In this document: positions 19,401-28,000 of the stretch, piece by piece | Position numbering within the stretch: the stretch's first letter is position 1 | How the letters are laid out: each line of letters starts with the position of its first letter | From: Bacteroidales bacterium | Lineage (GTDB): Bacteria; Bacteroidota; Bacteroidia; Bacteroidales; UBA12077 | Length of the DNA: 57,319 nucleotides | Assembly: GCA_041686115.1 (NCBI GenBank) | Contig: JAWLEM010000001.1 | Location: 1 to 57,319, forward strand | Direction of reading: 5' to 3' | Made by a program: the position numbers and the translations under genes | Notes under the pieces: generated by a model | Told to the model about the DNA's origin: nothing | Seen by the model: the letters and a program-made list of their open reading frames with translations, nothing else | Databases searched by the model: none

Positions 19401-20479
19401 GATGCCAGAGCGTTTTTGTTTTCAGGAATATGGTAAATGTGGCCGAAAGATTTTTTTTGTAAACTAATTTTATTCAGCCCCTTATCGGTGGCAACCCAAA
19501 TGTTGCCATCTTTATCTTCATAAACCTGGTTAACATGATTTTCCGACAGAGAGTTGGAGTTATTTTCATCGTTTAAATAATGAAATAAAGTTTTTGTGTT
19601 ATGATTAAATCGATAAACTCCATTTCTTGTTCCAAACCATATATCTCCATTTTTATCCTGTATAATTGAATAAGTAGAAGTACCCAAAAATCTGTCAAAA
19701 TAATCATTTTCCCGGTCGTAAGTGTAAATCCCATCAATTGCTGATATCCAAAATCTGTTTTGGTTATCTAAAAAATAACTTGCAACGTCGCGATCTCTTT
19801 TTTTACCCTTTTTAATTTCGCCGGGACTAATATAGGAGAAAGATTCTTTAACAGGGTCAAATTTTACAGGCCCCATATTCCTGCCTCCGACCCAAATTTT
19901 CCCTTCATTGTCTTTAAAAATATCATGATAATGGTAATATGGCTGAGTAATTGGGTTGTGTTTGTAATGAACAAAAGAATTTTCCTTAATATCCAATTTA
20001 CTTAAAGTACCATCGAGCGTTTCAATCCATAAAAAATTTGAATCTGCAAAAAGTGCCCTTACATGATTATCGCGCAAACTATTTCTGGTTTCTGATTTAG
20101 TAAGACGGATAAAATCTTCATTTTTACGATCATAAAGATTCAACCCATTTTGTGTGGCAATCCATAAATTGCCAAAAATATCTTCTGTAATATCACTTAT
20201 AAAATTATTCGAAATGGTTGTTGAGTCATTAACAGAATTGGTATAGTTTATAAATTCGTATCCATCAAAACGATTTAATCCATTTGCGGTTCCTATCCAT
20301 AAAAATCCATAACGATCCTGATAAATATTTATACATGTGTTATGACTCAAGCCCGATTCAGTATCGTATCTTTCAAATTTATCCATATATTCATTTTGGA
20401 CCTGATCAAAATGAATATGCTGCGCAAATAACTGGTAAAAGAACGTAACCAGTATAAGAGTGTAAAAAAATCGGATCAT
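16466..20479 (-). CDS. Sensor histidine kinase with a large periplasmic beta-propeller array, Y_Y_Y domain, transmembrane (TM) helix and LytS/YehU-type kinase core
   Basis: About 21 repeats of W[IV]GTxNGLxx[FY][DN], a Y_Y_Y-like segment (YKYLLEGVDPGWV) and a TM helix (WWFYTLILIIKFSIIGWILYL). The H-box is LRSQMNPHFIFNAL and the ATPase box is IEDNGIGI. The track start at 20485 is TTG, and an ATG at 20479 gives MIRFF... Confidence 0.9.
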   Translation of the reverse strand: MIRFFYTLILVTFFYQLFAQHIHFDQVQNEYMDKFERYDTESGLSHNTCINIYQDRYGFLWIGTANGLNRFDGYEFINYTNSVNDSTTISNNFISDITEDIFGNLWIATQNGLNLYDRKNEDFIRLTKSETRNSLRDNHVRALFADSNFLWIETLDGTLSKLDIKENSFVHYKHNPITQPYYHYHDIFKDNEGKIWVGGRNMGPVKFDPVKESFSYISPGEIKKGKKRDRDVASYFLDNQNRFWISAIDGIYTYDRENDYFDRFLGTSTYSIIQDKNGDIWFGTRNGVYRFNHNTKTLFHYLNDENNSNSLSENHVNQVYEDKDGNIWVATDKGLNKISLQKKSFGHIYHIPENKNALASNNVSTLTADTNDHLWIGYNNKGFDSYHLETAEIKHYRQEDYKNLKSNHVSKLYFDSNNQLWVGLWQGVGFCKYNPLDDEFTHYAYDPNTLKRDWYSDFLEDKNHNFWIGFWGSSGLHLFNRNKERFEPDHFKPSNLPLKQEITALASDKQNLWMASKKGFIYKYQYKTGKYFAYTSGDNDYSEFNKVHYKDIIDFNTVFEILIDKSNQKWLITDSGIINISANENVFSDFPFETDRDYRFLNINPDKSKAWFVVDNHLLVFDFLTKNYYTENINSSPIKNLKYIIQKETSYSLVTHNQILTFDQNNQKSFLIDELKNEIITKVFYDHNNYLWIFTKNDVYVYDDQISRLKNDFSLPELKNLNILSTYQYSDSTIFIGTDNGIFLINQFKEVKHFCSGNNPEENIVSDEILSVTADFNQNIWIGTDNGLCKYNSEKKAFEAFNQPDRFSLTSHLISDLFEDNNGYIWVGTTNGGLNMIDPETRTIKHFVYLKNDSTSISSNTIHCIFQDQDQNIWVGTDDGLNLFNQEALKFKRFYRTDGLPGDEIMSIEQDNQSNLWIATNNGLSRFNPQNAVFANYYEQDGLQANAFSNASTKLKSGQLVFGGVNGINVFHPEDIDFKYQKPEVQITKFKIFDQVYKTDFINTDEINLHYKENFFTIKFSALNYYNPQQFEYKYLLEGVDPGWVSANNDLSAVYTDIKHGDYIFKVFAIAPDGTEGDIKTLRINIEPPFWQTWWFYTLILIIKFSIIGWILYLRFRKYRAEKENAQLEQKLLRSQMNPHFIFNALFSIQSFIYAQQNEEADRFLTKFSRLLRLILENSRESLITVESEIQTIGNYLDLQKLRFDEKFQFKIIVDPKINKEEIMIPPMLAQPFIENAIEHGFYKKDKKYNLNIGIWLVEKNIIYTIEDNGIGIDKSKKLNKTSSKGHKSLGMKITNERILNLKKITKQNIKIQVIDLEGEGKSGTRVVFTIPVKIKK

Positions 20480-20590
20480 TGACAATAACTTTTGAGTGTC
20501 AAAAAATAGTTAAGATAATTTTAATTCGGAAACAAGTTGAACAATTTTTTTCTAGAAATGTTTAAAATACTAATTAAACGATTAAACAAG

Positions 20591-23008
20591 ATGAGAAGAT
20601 TAATATTATATACCTTGTTAACATTAACTGTATCAACAGTTTTGTTAGCACAAAATACAAATAAAGGAGAAATACAAGGTGTGGTATTTAACAGCAAAAA
20701 TAACGAACCTGTTCCTTTTGCAAATGTAGTTATATTCCAAACAAATATCGGATCCGCTTCTAATTTTGACGGGGAGTTTAAATTTACAGGAATAAAGCCG
20801 GGATTTATAAAACTGCAGGTATCGGCCGTTGGATTTAAGACTTATATTTCGGGAGACATTATGGTTACCAATGCCAAAACAGAATTTATTGATATTCCAC
20901 TTGAGGAAACTAGCATAGCTCTTGATGAGGTTGTTGTAAAACCTTCTCCATTTAAAAAAACAGAAGAAAGTCCATTATCCTTGCGTCGTATTGGCATCCA
21001 GGATATTGAAAAGAGTCCTGGAGCAAATCGTGATATTTCAAAAGTAATTCAGTCCTTCCCGGGAGTAGCATCTACCCCTGTTCAAAGAAATGATATAATT
21101 GTTCGAGGTGGTGGGCCAAGTGAAAATTCATTTTATCTCGATGGCATTGAAATACCTAACATAAATCATTTTGCTACACAGGGAGCTTCCGGCGGACCTG
21201 TAGGGATTATTAACGTGGATTTTATTCGCGAAGTTGATTTTTTTTCAGGAGCATTTCCGGCAAACAGAGGAAATGCTTTAAGTTCTGTTCTGGAGTTCAA
21301 GCAAAAAGATGGCAATAAAGAAAAGCTCGAAACGCAAGGCACTTTGGGGGCATCAGAAGTTGCATTAACATTTGATGGGCCGATTGGAGAAAAGACAAGT
21401 TTTATTTTCTCTGCTCGCAGATCTTATTTACAAATCCTTTTTTCTGTGCTAGAATTACCGTTTTTACCAACCTATAATGATGCTCAGTTTAAAATAAAAA
21501 CCCGTTTAAATGAAAAAAATGAACTTACCCTAATTGGATTGGGAGCCATTGACCAGTTTAATCTAAACCTTGATGCTAATGAAACTGAAGACCAACAATA
21601 TATTTTAAATTACATTCCTGTAAACGAACAATGGAGTTATACGGTTGGTGCTATATTTAAGCATTATAAAGAAAAAAGCTATGATACCTGGGTCTTAAGT
21701 CGAAATAGCTTAAATAACAGATCTTATAAGTATCAAAATAATATAGAAGTGGATTCATTATTAAGCTTCGATTATCGTTCGGAAGAAACTGAAACAAAAT
21801 TTAGATACGAAAATACAACCAGAAATGATAATGGATACAAAATAAATTACGGGGCTGGCCTAGAATATGCACAATATACTAATAACACCTTTCGCAAGCA
21901 ATATGTAAATAATGCTAATGAGATAATCGATTACAATGTGTTACTGGATTTATGGGCATGGTCGGTTTTTGGACAGGTTAGTAAAGAGTATTTTGCTGAA
22001 AGGCTTTCTGTATCATTAGGAATTAGATCGGATGCCAATAATTATTCATCTGATATGTCCAACCTATTCACTCAAATTTCTCCGAGGTTTTCTGCATCAT
22101 ATCAATTAAAACCTGAAATTTCAATAAATTTTAATACTGGCAGATATTATCAAAAACCTGCTTACACAACGTTGGGTTTTAGTGATTTGTCAGGGAATCT
22201 AATAAACAAGAATAATGGTTTGAAATATATTTCTGTTGATCATCTGGTAGCTGGATTAGAGTACCTTCCGTCTGAAGAAAGTGTTATCTCTTTAGAAGGC
22301 TTTTATAAATATTATCGCAATTATCCATTTTCTGTTAATGATTCAATTGCTTTATCAAACAAAGGCGCCGATTATGGAACTTTTGGTGATGAAGAAGTAC
22401 TATCTATTGCCGAAGGACAGGCTTATGGTATGGAGTTATTAGCAAGGCATAGAGATTTATGGGGATTTAATGTTGTGCTTTCTTATACATTGGTTAGAAG
22501 TGAATTTAAAAAATTCGACCAGGATTTAAAATTAACATCTACTTATATCCCAACATCATGGGACAATATTCATCTTTTAAATTTAACAGCCACCAGAGAT
22601 TTAAAGCGTAATTGGCAAATTGGCTTTAAATGGCGGTTTGTTGGTGGACCTCCTTACACACCATTCGATGAAAATAAATCAAGCATAATAAGTGCATGGA
22701 ATGCCCGGGGTAGAGAATATTTAGATTATTCGCAATTTAATGCTTTACGTCTAGACCCATTTCATCAGTTGGATATACGTGTGGATAAACAATATTTCTT
22801 TGATAAATGGTCATTAATGTTTTATATTGATATTCAAAATTTATATAATTTTCAATCTGATGAACCTGACAAATTAATAACTCAAACAGATTCGAATGGA
22901 AATATCATATTAAATCCCGACGATCCTTCAAGATATGATTTAAAAAGAATTGAAAGTGATGGCTCTGGTACTATTTTACCATCGCTGGGAATAATTGTAC
23001 AATTTTAA
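20591..23008 (+). CDS. TonB-dependent receptor (carboxypeptidase-regulatory-like N-domain, plug, beta-barrel)
   Basis: Signal peptide after the ATG at 20591 (the track start at 20537 is TTG). The CarboxypepD_reg-like segment is GEIQGVVFNSKNNEPVPFANVVI and the plug motifs are SPGANRDISKVIQSFPGV and VRGGGPSENSFYLDGIEI. The barrel ends in a C-terminal Phe. Confidence 0.85.
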   Translation: MRRLILYTLLTLTVSTVLLAQNTNKGEIQGVVFNSKNNEPVPFANVVIFQTNIGSASNFDGEFKFTGIKPGFIKLQVSAVGFKTYISGDIMVTNAKTEFIDIPLEETSIALDEVVVKPSPFKKTEESPLSLRRIGIQDIEKSPGANRDISKVIQSFPGVASTPVQRNDIIVRGGGPSENSFYLDGIEIPNINHFATQGASGGPVGIINVDFIREVDFFSGAFPANRGNALSSVLEFKQKDGNKEKLETQGTLGASEVALTFDGPIGEKTSFIFSARRSYLQILFSVLELPFLPTYNDAQFKIKTRLNEKNELTLIGLGAIDQFNLNLDANETEDQQYILNYIPVNEQWSYTVGAIFKHYKEKSYDTWVLSRNSLNNRSYKYQNNIEVDSLLSFDYRSEETETKFRYENTTRNDNGYKINYGAGLEYAQYTNNTFRKQYVNNANEIIDYNVLLDLWAWSVFGQVSKEYFAERLSVSLGIRSDANNYSSDMSNLFTQISPRFSASYQLKPEISINFNTGRYYQKPAYTTLGFSDLSGNLINKNNGLKYISVDHLVAGLEYLPSEESVISLEGFYKYYRNYPFSVNDSIALSNKGADYGTFGDEEVLSIAEGQAYGMELLARHRDLWGFNVVLSYTLVRSEFKKFDQDLKLTSTYIPTSWDNIHLLNLTATRDLKRNWQIGFKWRFVGGPPYTPFDENKSSIISAWNARGREYLDYSQFNALRLDPFHQLDIRVDKQYFFDKWSLMFYIDIQNLYNFQSDEPDKLITQTDSNGNIILNPDDPSRYDLKRIESDGSGTILPSLGIIVQF

Positions 23009-23019
23009 AATACAGAACA

Positions 23020-23763
23020 ATGAATAAATTTACTCACATTTTTATAGCACTTATTCTTGTGGCTTATTATTCATTTGCACAGGAAGTAAAACAACCAAAG
23101 AATAACCCTGAATATTTGGAAACAAATATTTTAGGGCAGGGTATTAAAATAACCCTTGAATTTAATAGTGGCCCGGAAATTTATTATCCACTAATGGCTG
23201 TTTGGATTGAAGATATGAAAGGTAATTATATACAAACATTGTATGTTGCAAAATCTATTGCCAAAAGTTATTTTAAATATGGAATTATTGATGATAACAG
23301 ATGGGAAAGCGGGCCAAAGCGTATTCCGGCAGCACTGCCTTACTGGAGCCATAAACGTGGAATAAAAGCGAAAGATGGCTACTATTTACCTACAAAAGAA
23401 AATCCAATAATTGATGCATATACAGGAGCAACACCAACCGATGATTTTATTCTAAAAACAAAAACAGATACAATAACACCTAACAGATTTAAAATTTTGT
23501 TTGAGATCAATCAATCCTGGGATTGGAATGAATATTGGACCAATGACAAATATCCCGATGACAAACATTATAAAACTTCAGCACAACCTGCTGTGGTTTA
23601 TGCAGCAGAAATTAATTTAGAATCAGATAAAAAGGAATACAAAATGGAAGCCATCGGGCACAGTCATTTTTCTGGTAAAAATGGTAACCTTTATCCCGAT
23701 TTGACGACATTAACTACTGCTTTGGAAATAGCAAATAAAATAATTATTAAAATCAATAAATAA
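23020..23763 (+). CDS. DUF2271-like periplasmic protein with a Dxx[ST]GA[ST] motif
   Basis: Signal peptide. YPLMAVWIEDMKGNYIQTLYV resembles the DUF2271 core as I remember it. DAYTGAT (nt 23413-23433) matches the ApbE flavinylation consensus. The gene starts 11 nt after the receptor gene. Confidence 0.55.
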   Translation: MNKFTHIFIALILVAYYSFAQEVKQPKNNPEYLETNILGQGIKITLEFNSGPEIYYPLMAVWIEDMKGNYIQTLYVAKSIAKSYFKYGIIDDNRWESGPKRIPAALPYWSHKRGIKAKDGYYLPTKENPIIDAYTGATPTDDFILKTKTDTITPNRFKILFEINQSWDWNEYWTNDKYPDDKHYKTSAQPAVVYAAEINLESDKKEYKMEAIGHSHFSGKNGNLYPDLTTLTTALEIANKIIIKINK

Positions 23764-23778
23764 AGCTGCCAGGAAAAT

Positions 23779-24336
23779 TTAATTCCAGTTAATCACAATC
23801 TCTGTCAGGTGATCGCCTTTAGCTAACGATTTTGTGATATTTGCCCTAACATCTTTACAATTTGTAAACTCAAGGGCTCTCTCGCACCAACCGGCAATCC
23901 TGCATTCAATAACTTCTTCCGGTTCAGGAAACTTTGTAATATGCAAGGTAAGCCCTTTATCATGATTATTTACAACAGATATTTCTGAAGGACTGTAATA
24001 AGAAGTAAAAATCCTGCCGGCTCTTTGCATAATGTAATTTGGTGAAGCTACGCGGACAAAAATTTTATATACACCTCTTAATCCTACCTCGGCACTATAC
24101 CTGCCCGATTCTAATGCAGCTTTTTTAAAATCATTTTGGTAAAAAAGTTTCGCTATTGCTTTGGTTGGTTCAACAGCAGCTTCTTTCATAGGATACCAAT
24201 TATTGGCAAAAATTCCACCGCTCATAATTTTTCGCGACTCTTCAGGTAATTGTTCCAGCCAATTGCTAAACTGACTACCATATTTTTTCTCAACATATTC
24301 CTTAATTGACTTTACAGCAGTTCCTTTTACTTCCAT
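23779..24336 (-). CDS. Hypothetical cytoplasmic protein (possibly DUF2378-like ligand-binding fold)
   Basis: 185-aa intact ORF with an ATG start and no signal peptide. The family call rests only on a weak resemblance, so treat it as hypothetical. Confidence 0.6.
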   Translation of the reverse strand: MEVKGTAVKSIKEYVEKKYGSQFSNWLEQLPEESRKIMSGGIFANNWYPMKEAAVEPTKAIAKLFYQNDFKKAALESGRYSAEVGLRGVYKIFVRVASPNYIMQRAGRIFTSYYSPSEISVVNNHDKGLTLHITKFPEPEEVIECRIAGWCERALEFTNCKDVRANITKSLAKGDHLTEIVINWN

Positions 24337-24532
24337 ATTAACTTATTTTTGATTAAAATCGTTTAATTTTTTTTCTTCATTAAAGTAATATTTATTTCCC
24401 AAATAACCAATTCATTTTTATCAATCAGTAAAATTTACTGATAAAAATTAATTAAAAATCCGGATAATAACTCAAATCAATGTTCATAATTATAGTGCCT
24501 TAAATCCGCTGCTCTATGGATTATTTGATTTT

Positions 24533-24566
24533 CACAAAAAAACCGGGCTGAAAATTCAGTCCGGTT
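24533..24566 (-). terminator. Rho-independent terminator after gcvH
   Basis: On the minus strand the element reads AACCGGACTGA-ATTT-TCAGCCCGGTT, then TTTTTTGTG. That gives 10 of 11 bp paired, about 27 nt after the gcvH stop. Confidence 0.75.
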
Positions 24567-24592
24567 TAGTTTCTAATATCAATTTTTTTTCT

Positions 24593-24973
24593 TTAAGCTT
24601 CTAATAATTTTTTATAGTCAGCAGCATCTAATAATTCACCAGCTTCTGATTCATCTTTCAGGCTAATTTTAATTAACCATCCGTCTCCGTATGGATCTTT
24701 ATTCACAACTTCTGGAGAATTTTCAAGTTTTTCATTCACTTCCAACACCTTGCCCGAAACTGGCATAAACATATCAGAAACAGTTTTTACAGCCTCAATA
24801 GTACCGAAAACTTCTTCTTTTTCCAATTCTTCATCTTCAGTTTCTATCTCAATAAAAACGATATCTCCAAGTTCTCCCTGAGCATAATCAGTAATACCAA
24901 CATAAGCTTCGTTACCTTCAACACGAATCCATTCGTGATCTTTTGTGTACTTTAGGTTTTCCGGAATATTCAT
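24593..24973 (-). CDS. gcvH: Glycine cleavage system H protein
   Basis: Lipoyl-lysine motif IEAVKTVSD and N-terminus [17 protein letters not shown]. The track start at 24979 is TTG, and the ATG at 24973 is preferred. Confidence 0.93.
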   Translation of the reverse strand: MNIPENLKYTKDHEWIRVEGNEAYVGITDYAQGELGDIVFIEIETEDEELEKEEVFGTIEAVKTVSDMFMPVSGKVLEVNEKLENSPEVVNKDPYGDGWLIKISLKDESEAGELLDAADYKKLLEA

Positions 24974-25051
24974 AATCAATTATTTTAATTAGATAATTTT
25001 ACTTTTAAATAATTTTCAACCCAAAAGTAAGCATTTTTTATGAAAATAAAA

Positions 25052-28000
25052 TTATTCTGTTAAAGTAAATCGGAGACTAAAGCCAATATCTGTGTTTGAA
25101 GTACGATATGCATTACCAATTAAAGGATCAGAAATATTCTGGTCATAAAATAATCGTAAGGTTAGTCTGTTACTTAGCATATAGTCGGCAGACACTCCAA
25201 TGATGGTTGCTTTTTGTCCGGCAGAAGGCAGCTCATCATCTTCAACAATTTTTCTTAAAATGGTTTTATTATCTCTAATTTTAAAATTAGCTCTTATATT
25301 AAGATCACTTTTAAAATTTTCCTGTTGATTACCAAAATCAAAAATCAGATTAAAATCATCGAACCGGTATCCTAAACTTATTCCCAGCTCTTCGCTCAAG
25401 ACTTCTGTAATTTGATTATTCGTAAAACTAAGGGTTACTGTCCTTGCTTTCTTCATTTCAAATCGCGTGGTAAGGTTATTGTTCCATGTCATATCAATAT
25501 TAACAAGCGGACTAAACTGCTCGTTTATAGAGATACTGTTAACCTGATACTGTGGGATAAAATTATTCAGCTGATCGATTACATAACTGTATCCATCCAT
25601 CTCTTCATATTCGGAATTGTTAATAAATGAACCAACATTGTACGATGATCTGTAGGTATGACTTAAATTTATTGACTTAAAATATTTCTTAATAAAAGGA
25701 ATATCCTTAAGCCCGTCATATCTTACGCTCCAGTTGGGTAATGGAATTTGATGGAATAAATTAAGAGGTATGGAATTTTCGTCGTAAAAACCATAAGCAG
25801 CTAAAAATGCCGGGGTCATTACTTGTTGTGATGCACTTCCAAAACCATCCATATAGCCTGGTTCATCGGGTTTTTCTACAGGGCTATATAATGGGTCATT
25901 TTGTCTTTCATTGGCTAGTCGGTCTGAAATCGTTGTACGGTATAGTTTAAAGTTCTCATACGATTGAGAATAATAATTATCGCTGCTGCTTAAATCTTCA
26001 AAAGCGCTTCCAATGGTTAAATAAGTCATTGAAAAATTACCTGTAATTTGTTGGCTATAAGGTTCATTTCCATAAATCCCCGGTAAATAATACCGATTAT
26101 TATTTTCTGAATAACTGCGATTAGCTGTTAAATCAATCTTTAAGCCCCTGAGTGGCTCCAGGGTTACCCTAACGTTCAGATTCTCATTATGAGTCATTAA
26201 GTAAGGTTTATTTAATGTGGTATCTTCAGTATACCAACCATTTTCAATGGCTTTTATGGCAAAATCTTCATCCTGCCAGCCAAATACATAAGGCCAACCC
26301 GGTGCCGTTACATTATTATAACTCTCCATACCCAAAAGATTAGTAGACGGTTTATATCCCGGCATGCTTGATCCTTCTGTAATTGTATAAGAAACAGAGA
26401 TGTTTTTAACAGACATTAAAAGTAATGCTGTGTTTTCGGCAATAAATATCAGTGGATTTTCCTTTTTCTCAATCCTTCCTTCTACCACAATCGTGGCATG
26501 ATCAATATCCTTTTCCGAACTGAACCGTATCCTACGCTTAGAAACAACATCCCATTCTCCTTTAATTTCATTTCCTTCCGAATCTGTTACAGCCACTTTT
26601 GTAATATCTTCGGTCATTAAATCATGATAAATTGATCTCGACCGCCCTTCCCTAAACCAGACATCATCATCCTGATAATTTACATCTTCATACTCTATTT
26701 CTTTCCGTGATGATCGGCCCCTTCCATATTTTTGATTAATTTTTTTCAGAAAACCTACCTTATTATACAAATTAACCATATTAGCCTGGCCATTTAACTG
26801 GATTGTACTTGAGTTACGAATATTATTGCCAAGATTATATTCACTGTCTTTTCTAAGCAGTGGCCCTGCATCCCAATTATAGGTTGCATTGTACCGTGCG
26901 TTAACACTAGTCCAGTCGAGTAAAGGTATTTTATTGATCGGCACCCTGTAAGTTACATTTATGTTATGATGGTACTGGGTGTTTCTTCCAAAATTCATAA
27001 TATTATTCCACACAGAATCTTTCCAATGCTCATATGTATCTCTATATTCACGATTTACTTCACCAAAAGGTTCATCAATACGCGCAATATTGGTTGCTGA
27101 AAAGTCTATTTTTAAGGATCTGGTAATATCCCATTTTAAATCATAATAACGGTTCCAATTAAACTCTTTATCGTAAGTGGGTTCAATAATATTGTCAGGA
27201 TTAAAAATATTTCTTATTTTATTAGTTTGATATTTACGATACATATCCGTTCTGAATGAAAAGCTGGTTGGCAAATAATAAAAATTGAAATCTTTGATTA
27301 AAGCCAGGGCTTTCCAGTTAAGTATACCTTTAGATTTTCGAAACGGGGTAACAATTTTTGGCCGTGTATTATAAATATAGGTAAAGGCACCCCGGTAATT
27401 TTTCAGCAAATCGTATTCTGTGTTGATATCTCGAGCAAAAACTTCAGAGTAGGAATAGCTGAGTGAAAAGTTTGCAGGATCGTATAATTTTGGTTTCTCA
27501 CCTCGTTTATTAATTTTCACATTGGTAAAGTTTAAACTTTTTCGCTGGGTATAATCCTGGGCAATATTCTTAATGGAATCTTTTTCGGCTTTTGAATCAG
27601 CATTATTAATCGCCTCATCAAGTGGAATATCCGGATCTAAAGGATTATATTCAGGATTGATAAAAGATTCCGAATACCCAGCATACATAGGGATACTAAC
27701 CTGTGACTCATCTGAGAAAAATTTTCCAAGATCGAGGTTTGTGGATACATCGTATTCAATAACTTCTTCTTTACTACGTTCGTTAACTTTCTTTTCTATA
27801 CTACCAAAGCCTGGAGTACTAATACTACCCGAAACATTAATCATCCCAAGGTCGGCCAAACGTGCAGAAACACGTCCTCTTGCTGCCCACCCGCCCTCTT
27901 CTTTAAAGTCCGTAAGCCGTAGTTCATTAACCCATATTTCGCCAGATTTTGGCATTCCGTCATCATTTGATATAATATTATTCTGTTTACTTGGATTACG

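Noticed and set aside
16466-20479. Apparent periodic repetition in the DNA of the kinase gene (possible tandem repeat or CRISPR-like signal)
   Set aside because: The periodicity is at the protein level (propeller blades of about 45 aa) with divergent nucleotide sequences. There are no identical direct repeats or spacers.
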